Shown here: piece after piece, positions 36,262-49,780 of the stretch
Layout of the letters: each line of letters begins with the position of its first letter
Position numbering within the stretch: position 1 is the first letter of the stretch
Origin: Epiperipatus broadwayi
Lineage: Eukaryota > Animalia > Onychophora
Assembly: GCA_028023455.1 (NCBI GenBank)
Contig: JAQFVV010000004.1
Span: 12,524,001 to 12,588,000, forward strand
Direction of reading: 5' to 3'
Length of the DNA stretch: 64,000 nucleotides
Made by a program: the position numbers and the translations under genes
The notes under the pieces: model-generated
What the model saw: the letters and a program-made list of their open reading frames with translations, nothing else
Database searches by the model: none
Told to the model about the DNA's origin: nothing

Positions 36262-37480
36262 CACACTCTTAACTTTAAATTTAAATTTATAAAAAGGAAG
36301 AGCTAGTTTTAAATTTACTTAGAATTAATTCCTCCATTTCTACTCGCTCTTTATTAATAAACTTTCTTTTATTTTTTTAACAACAAGGTGATGCAACACT
36401 TTACTTTTGCAAGTTTACATTAAAAAAAACTCTTTAAAACATATTATAATTTATATTTCACTTTTATTAAAACTTAATCATTTCTTTTGCATCAATTTGA
36501 TCATTTATTACTAAATTATTTCATGTTTAACCACAGAATATGTGTGTTCCTAAACCCATATATTTGTTGGCAGTATATCCCCCCCCCCAGTTTGAGAGGT
36601 GAAATGCATCAAATTAACCATTTTATCTCGAATATGTTATTTATAGCTTTTACCTTAATTATTCACTTTTCAACACAAACCATTTTATTTTATGAATGTT
36701 ATTTCCATTCTTTATGTAATCCAAGTACTTGTTCCATTTTGTTACCTATAATTCTGACCAACTACTTTAGTTTTGTTGGTAGTTTGTCAGGTGGCTTTCT
36801 TGTTAAGTGTTTAATTCCCAGATCCATAAGTAAAAATTGATAAACTCATCTATTAAAAATATTCATTTAAAATACAGAGGCATATTTTCTTTTAGTAGTA
36901 AGCTACTTCTAACAAAAACACTCCATTCAAGTATAATTTTTGGATTATATTTCCATCTGTATTAATAGTAAAACAAAGGTATTTGTAATTAACATCTTCT
37001 GTGATTATTAATCTTTATTTCATTCTCAGAAAATTCCTTGATCACTACTTTAATTTTTGGTGGCATTTACCTCTAGTCCTACATTATTATTTCCATCTGA
37101 TAGTTCTTGCAACATTTCTTGAAGCTGAAGTACTGAACTATTTATTATTTTCAAAAACAACCACATCAATTGCAAAAACTAGATGATTTAAATAATATAA
37201 ATATTTTTACTCCTTTAGATCCCCCCCCATATATATATATATATCATGATTTTAAAAGGTTTTAACCTATTAAATATTCAGTTAATATTTATCATAAACT
37301 ATTTTACTATATCTACTTGTGATTTAAAAAGTATACACTATCCTATTTTATATATATATAAAAAAAGAAAAAAAAACTAAAGAGATAAATGATATTTACA
37401 GATGAGTTGAAATAATTAAAAAATATATCAGTATAAATAACTATACTCATAATATAGTAACCATTAAACTTAAAATATAT

Positions 37481-40309
37481 TCATCATCATCATCATCAAC
37501 CATTATCAATCCACTTCTGGATGAAAATCTCTCCAAGTTTAATCCTTCTACTCTAATCTTTAGCTTCTCTTCTCCACATCACCCCTGCACACTTTATTAT
37601 TTCATCCATCCATCTCACAGGTGGTCGCTTTCTGGGTCTTTTACAATCTCTTGGCATCCAGTAGAAAATTTCAATTGTCCATCTATTATCATCTCTTCTA
37701 GCAATATGTCCAGCCCAACTCCACTTCAATCTTTTAATTTTTTCAATGAGGTCAGTAACACATGTTTGTTCTCTTACCCATACATTGTGTTTTCGATCTC
37801 TTCTTGTTACTCCGAACATACATTTCTCCATACTTCTTTGAGCGGTCTGAAGTCTCTGTATTGCTCTTCTATTAAGTGTCCAAGTCTCAGATCCATAAGT
37901 AAGAACTGGTAAAACACATTTGCTAAAAACCTTCCTTTTCAAACACATATGCATATTTCCTTTTAGTATCAAGTTATTTCTATCAAAAGCACTCCAACCA
38001 AATTTAATTCTATGATTAATTTCCTCCATTATGTTTCCATCTGTATTAATAATCTGACCAAGAAATTTGTAACTGTTAACTTTTTCTAATTTATCATAAT
38101 CAATCTTTATTTTCATATTTTGAGCAAATCGATTAAACATTACTTTAGTCTTTTTAACATTTATCTTTAGTACTACTTTCATACTTTCATCTGATAAATC
38201 CTGCAACATTTCCTGCAGCTCTGAAGCATTATTTGCAAAAACAACTACATCATCTGTGAAATCTAAATAACTTAAATAATCTCCATTTACCTTCACTCCT
38301 TTAGTTTCCCACTTTAATCCACAAAATACTTCTTGCAGCACTGCTGTAAAAAGTTTTGGAGATATGGAATCACCTTGTCTTAACCATTTTCAATGTTGAC
38401 TTTCCCAATATCATTATGGAATCTAATTGTTGCTGTTGCAATTTTATAAATATTCTTTAAAATATGACAATATCCTGGATCTATATCTTGATGATCCAAT
38501 GCTTTAATCACTGAAGAAATGTTTATAGAATCGAATGCCTTTTCATAATCTACAAATCCAAAACATAATGACAACGCATATTCATTTGTCCTTTCTATAA
38601 CTTCTCTCAATACCTGGATATGATCTACTGTACTAAAACCATTTCTAAACCCAGCTTGTTCTCTTGGTTGGTGGAAATCCAATGTTCTCTGTAGACAAGT
38701 TGTAATTATCTTGGTAAAAAATTTATATAAAACTGAGAAAAGGCTGATAGACCTGTAATTCCTAATAACTTCTTTATCACCTTTTTAAAATATTAATATT
38801 ATTACTGCATTCTTCCAATCATCTGGTACATCTTTATCATTTAGACATTTGGTATATAACTTTGTTAAAAAATTTTCTACTTCTTCACCTGCTTCTTTTA
38901 ATATATTAATTATAATTCCATCATTACCTGCAGCCTTTCCTTTCTTCATACATTTAATTGCATGTCTCACTTCTTCATTTAAGATTCTGAGCAATTCGGA
39001 AGATGTAATAGATATAGGAGGTACTTGCTCTTTATTACTATATAATTCTTGATAAAAATCTTCTACCAATTTCATGATGTCATCTCTCTTTTTAGTAATA
39101 ATTCCATCTTTTTTTTCTTATTGCAGATATAAATTTCCTACTGATACCAAAATGTTGTTTTACATTCTTGAGACTTTTATTTTCTTCTACAGCTTTCCTT
39201 GCTAGTTCACAGTTATACTTTCTTATATCATTTTCAACTCTTTTCCGCACCATTCTACAAAATTCGAGATATTCAATCCTTTTTAATGCATCATTTTTGT
39301 ATATCTTCATGTTCCTTCTTTTCTTCATAAATTCTCTAGTCTCAGTAGAAATTTTATTGGTCAATTGCTGCTTTTTTCTACCAGCTATCTTTGTTGCAGT
39401 TTTTAAAAGTGTATCAGTTATTTTCATATTAATTTCATTCAAATCTGAATCATGTTCAAAATCTACTAATACTTGAAACTGATTTGTAAGTTCTAATTTA
39501 AATTCATTAGAATGTTTCTGAAAATTAGGAATATCAACTGAAAATATTGTTTTTCTTAATAATTTTTGTCTCTCTAGTTTTACATTAACATGTATCTTAC
39601 ATCTTACTAATCAATGATCACTTCCTGTGTTAAATTTATTAAGAACATTACAATCTTGAAATATCTATTTCCTGTTAGTCAAAATATAATCCAATTCTGC
39701 TATACCTTTATTTGGATGCTTCCATGTCCATTTCCTTTTAACATTTTTCTCAAAAAAAGAATTCATAATATAAAGTTTTTCTTTTTCTGCAAACTCCACA
39801 AGTCTATGTCCTCTCTCAATTCTATTACCATAACCAAAATTACCTACAGAACTCTCATCTTTCATTTGTTTACCAATTCTAGCATTAAAGTCTCCCATAA
39901 CAATTTTTAAGTGTTGTTTACTCTGATCAAAAGCCTTTTGTACATCCATATAAAAATCTTCTACTACTTCATCACTATGAGAACTTGTTGGGGCATAAAC
40001 GTGAATTATTTATCATTTACACAAACCTTCATTCTGCCTTATCAGGCACTGAGAAAAAAGACCATGGTGTTTCTTGATCTTAAACTCAGAGGTAAAAAGC
40101 CAATAAACTCACCATACTGGCTAATGCATGTTGGTGAGCAGCCCATCCATGTTCGTATACTATATGAATAATCACATAGTAATAACATCTGCAACGACAA
40201 GAACGTATGGAGTGGACATTAGGAATTTGCCCTGCTCGGTTCCTTTAAGGCATCCAAGAGGAATCTAAGGGTCTCCTTTCAGTTAATAGCAAACTTCCTT
40301 TCTGCAGCC
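37481..40309 (-). mobile_element. RTE-clade LINE, near full length with a deletion in APE, (TGA)n 3' tail
   Basis: ORFs 39665-39949 (VMGDFNARIG, ELDYIL), 38380-38682 (EQAGFRNGFS, FVDYEKAFDSI), 37553-38341 (LDFTDDVV, YKFLGQ, LTYGSETW, WSWAGHIARR); (TCA)n tail at 37481-37497; weak AAAATAT duplication at both ends. Confidence 0.93.
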
Positions 40310-42813
40310 AAAAAAATATTTATATATATTATACAAGCTAATATGCATCTTCTCATTTATGCATCCAATTATAAGCAGCATTAAAAATATTATTTTAATC
40401 TAAATTTTCCGTACACTGTTATTTTAAAATATGGTTATGAATGAGAAATCCATCTTCTTCCTTTTATATAAATAGAAATATAAATAAATATTACAACAAC
40501 CTATATAGAAAGTAATCCAATTACCTTAACTATATTAGAAAGTCTTTATTACAACCAGATACAAAATGAAACTAACTTTCATAATAATAATTAAAGAGAC
40601 GGTAAATCAGAATAATGCAGTAGCAAGAGTGAATCTACATCAAATAAAAATGTTATTAATAAACTTGGTTTTTACAGTTACTTGGCAAAATTATTTTTTC
40701 ATCATGTTAATAATCCTATAAACTTCCATATTTCTCTATATATAAAAAAAATCAAATATGCTTAATACTAGATAACAAAGCATGATAATTTTATGCATAG
40801 ATTGGTGTGATATTTGTTAATATAATATACTGTAAAATCATGCATATTTATACTTTTTTATAGAAATATATAAACTTTTTAAATATTGAGATTATAAAAA
40901 ATGGAGGTTAGATATTTTCAGCTATTTTACATTTCATAATAAGGTTGATTTTATTTTTTACAAATATGAAAACGTAAATAAGATTTTTAAAATAATAACT
41001 GAAGGTTTTATAAATGATAAGAAAATTTTAAGACATTACTTATTGAAAAAAAAAAAATCTTTCATTGAGATGAGTTTTAGATAAAATTTAGCTTCAATTC
41101 AAAAATGTAATAATTTTTAAAAAATAAATTCAAATTACCGAGGTAAAAACAAAGATGTTTAAAAATAATTGACATTCGTTGTTCATATGGAAAATCATGT
41201 CTAAGATGATTCATTTCTGTAATTCTATTAGTAACATTTGAAATATTTCTTTGAAATGGCATTTGTCAGAAAATAGTAGAAGCTCAATTAATTTATTTCA
41301 ATAAAAATATAACAAAAAAAAACTTCAAATCCAAGTTGCAAATAAATTATATTGATATATTTTTAAAAATAAATAATTATATTCCGATTATTACGTAAAT
41401 ATATGATAAATATCAATAAAATTTTTAAAAAAAATACCTTGCTGGTTAAAGTGAAAAATACCCATATGGAGTTAAGACAATTATTTGATCCTAGGGATAG
41501 TCCATGATGATAAACCCAGAAAATTATATAATGTAAAAACTTCCCACAAATTTGTGCTATGTGTTAAAAAAACTGCTATAATTATAAGGGCACAAATAAA
41601 TTTTTATTTTATATATGTATTAGATTTTGAATGTTGTGAACTATCATCCAAATGTAAAATAAACAATCAAAGTTCCCATGTTATATATGTTTTGACTAAT
41701 GCAAACAGATAGCACAATCAGTTTGTCTGGAGATTGAAATATCTGTTCTTTAAATTAACACAGTAATAGAATGTTTATATGTTCATGTGATAGAACCAAT
41801 TATAAGCCATCTTAATAACCTTATACAACTGAATAACAGTTATTCATCAGGAACAGTCATTCATAAATGGTGAAGATCATTCCACCTCCGAATACTTGTC
41901 ACTTTCTAATGCAATAAAAAAAAAGTACACAAACTTTGGACTTTTTGAACTTATTTATTATTTTATTGCTGTAATAAAAACAGTCTGGTATTTGGGAGGA
42001 CATTATGTGCCTGAAAAAAGAACATAGTCTCCCTCACTTTCTGTATCCAGCAATTCTGAAAAATTTAAAAATTGCATGTTCTTCTCAGATCTTTTATTAG
42101 TCTCATATATTTATTTTCCATGCTGAAATGTGACTTAGCACGTGAGCATTGTCGAACTTGTTCAACCATACCCTTTGTCAATTTTTTACATATTAACATT
42201 TTTTTAGGGAAGGTGGGGACCATATGACAATTATTAGTAATTAACAACATTATTTAAATATAAATGACATTACTCTATCATGGAGATTTGAAAAGTTGTA
42301 CTGACTTGAAATTAAAAACACCCTCAAGCAATATGGTAATCAGCTATGAATAGAAAAAATACACGTAAATAATTTTGAAGTACAAAACAGGCCATAATAT
42401 TTTTGTGCAATGTTATGTAAAGTGGCCTGCAATGGGTTAATATAATACAAATGTTGTATTAGCTGTAAGGCCAACTGCAGTAAACAGCATTTTTATGTGT
42501 TTTGACACATAAACAATGCCATCAGGCAGCCATGCCTGGATTTCAGATGATTACCAAGATTTTTATAGAATATAAGTTAAAATTAATATAATATTACATC
42601 TATATAGATAGTTGTTTGAAATTAATAAAAAAAATTCAAAATTCTTTGCATAAGATTCGACCAAAAAAAAAAAAAATTTCAAATATGACAGCAGAATACA
42701 TGCATAAACTAATGAAAACAATGTTTAAAAATGTGGTTGCAAATTACATGAAAAAAAAAAACATTTAGAATTAAGCAAATATTACAATTAATTTTACAAT
42801 TACATGAACATGA

Positions 42814-43500
42814 TTAAAAAATTAAAATAAATAAAACATTAAATACTAATAATTGAGCTATTTTTGAAATGGCAGTTGTTTCATCCAACTGAATTATAAA
42901 TATTGGGCTTTCTTTAAGTCTAGTAATAAGTTGCTCAAACTGGTCATTGCTAATTTCAGAAATTCTATTAGTGACAGTGTCATTTGACAAAGAAATTTTC
43001 TGAATTTCATCACCATATTCACTTCTGTGAAGTATTTCTACCATTATAATAATAGCAGGTAATATAAGATCCTCTCCAATGGTGTATGGCTTTTTATTTT
43101 TAGAAATCAGATATGAAACTTCATATGATTCTAGTAAATATTTTTCATTAACAATTATAAATTTCTCAAAATATTGTTTTTCTTTATTTGAAGTTTTTAA
43201 CAGTTCTTTGAAATATTATTTTGGTTTATTGACATATGAAAAATGCTTGGATTCAAAATGCCTTTTTAATTTTGATTGTTTCATACTCTCCATAGACAAA
43301 ATATTATTTCAAATTAAACAAAGATATTGTTCATTACCATCACAGTTGTTGAAAGTAAAGCCAAATTGGAGAAATGTCTCATATTTTCTTTTTCGCATCT
43401 TAGATGCCTCTTTCTAATTACGAGATCCTGCTTGAAAAGACTTTGTAGCATTGCTATCTGCACCATTACCTTTGGTACTCAAGTTCAACCATTTATCCAT
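42814..43500 (-). pseudogene. hAT transposase N-terminal half, Buster/ZBED5-like, 3'-truncated
   Basis: ATG at 43500; FLQFGFT, LCLI..ILSMESMKQSKLKRHFESKH, SYEVSYLISKNKKPYTIGEDLILP, LSNDTVTNRI, IIQLDETT..AQLLVF. Confidence 0.9.
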
Positions 43501-45089
43501 GGGTAAAAAGTATTTTTATCGTAAAATATAAATAAAATAACAGTACTTATTAGTTAACAGAGAGACCAAGTGGCAGCCATATTTTTTGTTTAATTATACG
43601 GAGCATATTTACTCCAGTATGTTCTATTTTTTTAATATCCCCATATGTTTTATTTTTTAATATTTAAAAATATCAATAAATCAATTATAAATTACCTATT
43701 AAGTTTAAAAAATAGGAATATGTTTTTACTTATTAATAAATAAATGACAATAAGTTTCAAATAAAAAATAATTTTTATAATAACTAATACGATGATAAAT
43801 TTTGAATAAAAAAGTGAGAAAAAAAATATACAAGCATTTTTATATATAAAAAATAACATCTTTCATAATATTTATTCAAATAAATATTAACCTTAGTCGA
43901 GTAAAACAGTAAAATACAATATTGTATTGTTCTTGCGATGTGGACACTTGTTGAAATGAATCGAAACAAATAACTTGAACCGAAAATGCATTATACAATC
44001 ACAGTGACGCCAACCTTATTCTCGACACTGCAGCAAATATTTTGACTCTGAAATAACTTAATGCTGAAATTGCAATGCGACACCACTATTATGATGCATT
44101 TAGTATTATTTTTCAATATGTAAACATAATTTACAGCTCAACTTAAACATCATTATGATTTTATAAGTGCACTGTATAGAATATGTAATATATTAAATTA
44201 AAGATAATGAAGGAATTGTGACTAATATTTCTTTAAATTCATGTATATAAATTAATTTTTCACGATCCCAACTTGTTCTAATATATTGAGCATTTGAATC
44301 ATCTGTGATTAATTTCTGTAGAAGAATTGAGAAATAATCAATACACATTGTGATCATGTCTACTTAATCAATTCTGCATCAGAACATGGTATTATTACAT
44401 CATCATAAAATTGTGTGTATGATATGAAGCTCTCAGTACATTGAACAAACTTTATTCTAAATCTGTACTGAATTTTTAGAACTTATATTTTTTTCCATTT
44501 CATTTTGATTCATGGAATAGGTATTAATGTAAGAATCAAATGTATTATGATGTAGCCATAAATTGTATCATTTATTTCCCTAAACCAATTTGTGATTTAT
44601 TAAATATATTGCTAATTGGCTTTTCTTTATAATCATATTTTTCATTAAAACCTCATTTTACAAACTCATTTTTTTTCTACCTTTTAGATGATTCTAGCTA
44701 TATTGTTTATTCTCTTAAAAATCAATTATTTTTTTAAATGACTGTATGTGATATATATAATGATAATGCACAAAAATTATGCTTACAGTGTGAAAAGTAG
44801 AAGAATTCAATACAATATATCAAATTACTCTATTTTAAAAACCAAGGCAGGTTTTTTTTTCCTTTAGCCATAGATTAACTTCTTTTTTCTATACTATTAT
44901 CAATTGTTTATTTGAGAAGTGTCTGTAACCTAAGTCGTTTATTTGAAAGACAATAGCTTTAAAAATATATTTTATAGTTATTAAATAAATAACAAATAAA
45001 TAAATAGTCTTTTTTTTTTCATTTATAATGTAATGAGTGCAATCGTCTTGAATACTTGTCCAAATAAGTTATAATTACTTTTAAATCTA

Positions 45090-45460
45090 GCCTGGTTTTT
45101 TTTATTTCTCCATGTTTCCTTTAACCCATTTATAGTGTTTCCAAAATTAATTCAATTTTTATAATTCATATATAAATGAATTCGCTCAACTAAGTATAAC
45201 ATCTTTAAAATCCAACTGTTTATTTTTTTGTTTGTTTCACCATGTTTCCTTCCTTCAACCTGTTCATAAAGTTTCCAAAATTAATTCATATTTTTATGAT
45301 TCATATACTTCTATAAATGAAGATTTGCTCAGCTGAGTTATAACTACGTTTATCCAATCAGTTTTCTTTTTTTGGTTTCTCTACACTTCCTTCAACCTAT
45401 TCATAATGTTTACAAAATTAGTTCATTTTTTATGATTCAAATCCTTCTATAAGTGGATCA
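45090..45460 (+). repeat. Three degenerate tandem units of about 125 bp
   Basis: Recurrent ttccttcaacc, gtttccaaaattaattca, tttttat(a/g)attca and tataaatgaa segments. Confidence 0.8.
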
Positions 45461-46049
45461 AGGCATTTGTAGTTATTACCTTTTGCCAATTAGTTACTAT
45501 CATTTTTATATTTCTTTTTTTTTTTTTGTATTGTTTTTGTAAAGTTATTGAACAATATAATATTTGAAAAATATAGTGATGAAATTTATTTTAAGTTAAA
45601 TATTATATTCTTTCATCTTCTTTATAAAAAATAAGAATTTTTTTTTTTGCTCAAATTGAGAAATTTTATAGATTTACGTTAACAAATGTTGACTTTTTTT
45701 AAAACAAGTACTTATAATTTAATTAGACACTCAGTATATATACTAATTACTCGATTTCAAGCTATATGTTTATTTTTTTACAGAAACGTCATTTACATAG
45801 AATTTGAGAGTAGATTATTTAATTATTTCTGTAAAAAAAAAAACTCCCATTGATTTTGTCTAGCAAATTTACTCTATTTTAAGATGAAAGAATCGCACAC
45901 TATTGATAATCAATTAAATAATATTTTTTACTAAATATTAATGAATTTAATTTTTAAAAATGAAGCCGTTTAATATGATTTTAAAAGTATTGGGGGAAAA
46001 GATGTTTGCTTAAATATTTGGCGTTTATATAGTTTATATGTACATAATA

Positions 46050-46340
46050 GAGATTAAGCGACTTGAAGACGAATTTTTAAACTCCCTACATCTATCCAAT
46101 CTATATTATACAAGTGATACATATGACCACATACAAACGAAAAAGACAAATGATCTTCGATATTTCGTGATAAAACAGCACTCGTCGGTTGGTCCAGATC
46201 ACCATCTCTCATATATATAATCAGTATATCGGAACTCATTTATCTTTTTCACATGTACTTGGTCACATGTATCAGTCGTATAAGATAGATTGGATAAATG
46301 TAGAGAGCTCAAAAGTTCGAGTTCAAGTCCCGTATAATTA
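46050..46340. mobile_element. Older family-1 head-to-head composite (minus arm with a degenerate HHR, plus arm covering the 3' half only)
   Basis: 46050-46155 is a reverse-complement homolog of 46235-46340. Minus HHR relic ACCAA CCGACGA GTGCT gtttt ATCAC GAAA TA.. at 46160-46193. Confidence 0.75.
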
Positions 46341-47479
46341 CAATAAGTTTAGTATAGACAATGTATATATATATTATAATGGATTAATAAAAAAACATGA
46401 ACATGATTGGGCAGAATCTAATATCAAATTTGATCATTTTGTCTAATTAAATTATACAAGTAAGAGAAATAATTCTATGATAATAATCTAATTATTAATA
46501 ATAATAATTATTATTATTAAAAAATTATAATAAGGCAAACAAAACATCGCATGATTTCCTCTGTCTGTTTTCAGCATCTACATTAGAAACAGTACAAAGA
46601 TAAAATGTAAACTATTTTATTAATTAGTCCATAGCATAGCAACACCTTCCCTAACATTCCATACTAAAACAGTGAATGACAATGAATTATTAATCAGGTT
46701 TTTCAGTTATTTGGTGATGGAGGTTAGAACTGCCAAAAGACCAGTATATAATAATAGAAATTAAATTTAGGGTTGGTAGAGAATCCGTTTCAATACTATC
46801 TGATTTTAATTGTCCCATATTTTTCAACCACAATAATAACCCATGTATGGAATATGATCCCTCATCTACAAAAAGGGAAGGCTGAATCATATTGCACATT
46901 AATTTTCTATTGTTTTATCAACTAGTATTATCTGCCAAAATCAGACTAATCTGGGACATTTATCTATGAGCTACAACTATATATGTATTTAGTTGGTTTG
47001 TCTATAGTCTAGCTATAATAATGAAAAATCCTTTAAGTTTGTTTGTGATCTCAAAAAATTTCTAGCATTCACCCAGTCTGACTTGCATCTCAGTTCAAAC
47101 TAATACTTATCCTATGGTACTTTTTATAAAAGGCATATCAGCAGTAATCTACAGGTTATTCATAGTCTGAAAATATATTTTGGCACTCCAATCTGACTTT
47201 AACTAAATATTATATAATATAGTTAATTTTGGTCCCATGTGCTTCAAGTGAAAACTATATTTAGTCTTTATATATACTAAATTAATGTACTACCCATAAT
47301 TAAGTCTATTTATATCTTTATATCTGTTAAATTATTATATGCTTCATACTACCCAACATGATTTGAGATAGTGGTGGAGTGTCAAATCACGGTACACAAG
47401 ATCAATGGATTGCAGTCCAGCTCTAATACTTCTACCACTTAAATGTCTTATGAACTGCTAAGAAATAAAGCAGTGTGAT

Positions 47480-48080
47480 TATTTTTTGTGAGAGACTAGT
47501 CCAACCTACAAATAGCATATATTAGTATGTGATATAAACTGTCTCAGTCTGGAAATCTAACTTCATCTCAATGATATCATGGTTAAAGAGACAAAAATTT
47601 ATGAACAGTTACTGTAAAAAATATCAATGAGCATGTATGTCTAGTTCTTTGCAATGGTTTTTATTCATTTACATATCTTCTGTTGACCATAAGAAGAGAA
47701 ATTGCCTCACAGAAAATATATAAAAAGCAGCTGAGTAGATCAAACTTTCCATTAACTCAAGATATAATTTTGCCACTTTAGCTTTATTTCAAATCAATGT
47801 CTCTTTTCTAAATGTTCTAGCAAGAATCTAATGAAGGAATTACAACATGAAAATAGATTCTTGTGAAGTGTCAAATAATTTTATTTTTCTAGATCCAACA
47901 TTAACACCATATACATTTGACTTTTCTAGATATACTAGAATCTTATCAATAGGCTTAACACAACTCATAGGAATTGCACTCATTTATTTCATAAATGGAA
48001 CTGAACACAAGCCATGACCAAATTAGAGCTATGTCTGTAATGGCAAAATTGAATATGATTCTACTTCTTAGTTGGATTTT
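47480..48080 (-). mobile_element. Possible highly degraded RTE-like RT fragment
   Basis: ITDIALI (YADDIAL-like) and weak downstream resemblance only. Confidence 0.25.
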
Positions 48081-49081
48081 CAACAGGTTCATTTGTGAAA
48101 TTTTTTAATAGTTAAGCTGTCTAAAAAAAATCCATTTGCTAAATAAACAAATAAATAAATATACATGCTTACATCTTCATAGCAGAATTATATAATATCA
48201 TTCCTAGTTTAAAACTTTACATTAATTATTTTTAGGAAATTTGTTTAAAAGTTTGTTTTGCAATTATTATGCTACTAAATAAATGTTTGTGAAAAAATGG
48301 TGTTAGAAGTTGAGAAATAGGTATTTTAAGACTGATTGTAGGTAAATATTTTGATATTCACATTATTATTTTATTTTAATCTGCAATAATAACATCAATT
48401 CAAATTATTGAAATAGCAACATATAACTTCTATTTTCAGAACGCTGTATAAAAAATCAGTAATTTTGCATAAAAAATATATAGTATATTTTGAAGCACAT
48501 ATATGTGAGAATGATTTATTTATATTATTACATACTTCTATTTAATATATTCTATTTTTTGTCTGTTGGCTGGATAATTATTGTACAGCAATTTTCACCC
48601 AACTTCTCAACTTCCATTCATCTGTATATTTAGAGTTTGCAAATAATGTTAACAATAATAAAAAATTTAATTTTATGTGGGATTTTAGTACTCTTTACAA
48701 TACTCCATCTAACAGTATTAAATTGTATCTAAACTTTCTTCATTCTTAAATTCTGAAACTATATAAAACTAAAAAGAAATAAATTTAAAAATTACTTTTA
48801 TTCACATAAATGCTAAAAAAACCAGCACCAAAAAGTAAAACAAAAATTTATTTGGATTTCATAATATTCTTGATATTGTGTAATCAAAAATGTGTCACAC
48901 TTATGTTTAGAAATAGTTTTAAAAGTAATTCTGAATATGAATGCCATATTCTTGTATTTTTAGTCACACAATTTCAAGAATATTGTGAAAGATGAAGAAA
49001 ATTTATTCTTTTACTTTTTAATAACTGAAACACAGGCTTGGTATATACCTGTGGCTGAGCTTTTTTACTTTTTAGTGTTTT

Positions 49082-49398
49082 AATAAATTTTACAGGTTTA
49101 AATCTGCATTATATATGTAATATATGCCGGATTCGAACTCAGACTTTCACATGATCCACTACTCTCAGTGTCATCTCATATTGCTGACCCACCTGATCAC
49201 ACACATGTTGAAAAGATAATTTCACGCTAAACCAGCAATCATCAGTTGGTCTAAATTACTATCCTCACACATATATACAATCAGTGCTCAGTTTTACATT
49301 AAGATAGCGAATCTTCATACTTTAATGGACAGGCTTCAAACTATTCCAACTCACAACTCTTCAGCCTTCCATTTCATTGAATATCTGACGATGGAACG
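49082..49398 (-). mobile_element. Family-1 subfamily B full-length copy with a 13-bp TSD; stem III and cleavage site deleted
   Basis: TTTTTAGTGTTTT at 49069-49081 and 49399-49411. Minus strand ACCAA CTGATGA TTGCT ggttt AGCGT GAAA ttatc, with about 19 nt missing relative to the 22.9-kb copy. Confidence 0.88.
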
Positions 49399-49619
49399 TT
49401 TTTAGTGTTTTGCAAAATCAAAACTGAATAGTATTTCTGAAGTGAAAATTATACTACAGAAATATTATTTATTAAATGGATATCTAGCCCAATGAATGAG
49501 TAATAAAAATTATTAATATACTTCCATCAAGTAGTTTGTGTCAAAGTTGTGAAGGCAATATGTTTGACACACCAATTAAACTGTAGTAATTGGCTATCTA
49601 TATACACTAAATATTGATA

Positions 49620-49780
49620 GATATGTATAAGAGATTGTGATATGGATCAATTGATGAATGCTGGTTCCGTGAAATGTGCATCTTGGAGATCATAAAATCT
49701 TTTTTACATGTCTTCGATCATATGTTTATGATTATATCCTTCAACAAAGTGTTAAAAGTAGATAGAAACCAGTCCCTATC
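49620..49780 (+). mobile_element. Old, divergent family-1-related copy with an HHR relic
   Basis: ggatcaa TTGATGA ATGCT ggtt CCGT GAAA TGTGCA TC TTGG at 49646-49686, followed by sequence resembling the family-1 3' half. Confidence 0.55.

Larger units (their letters stand above)
35496..36578 (-). repeat. Right arm of the inverted repeat, interrupted by a family-2 HHR element
   Basis: Matches the reverse complement of 33203-33875 except for about 35860-36261. Confidence 0.85.

Noticed and set aside
40200-40309. Possible HDV-like ribozyme at the RTE 5' end (GGCTGCAG.., TTCCTC, CTAA-TGTCC)
   Set aside because: I could not assemble a consistent P1/P2/P3/P1.1 nested pseudoknot by hand; a covariance-model search would be needed.
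42421-42440. TTAA|CCCATTGC piggyBac-like terminus on the minus strand
   Set aside because: No matching opposite end or clear transposase found.
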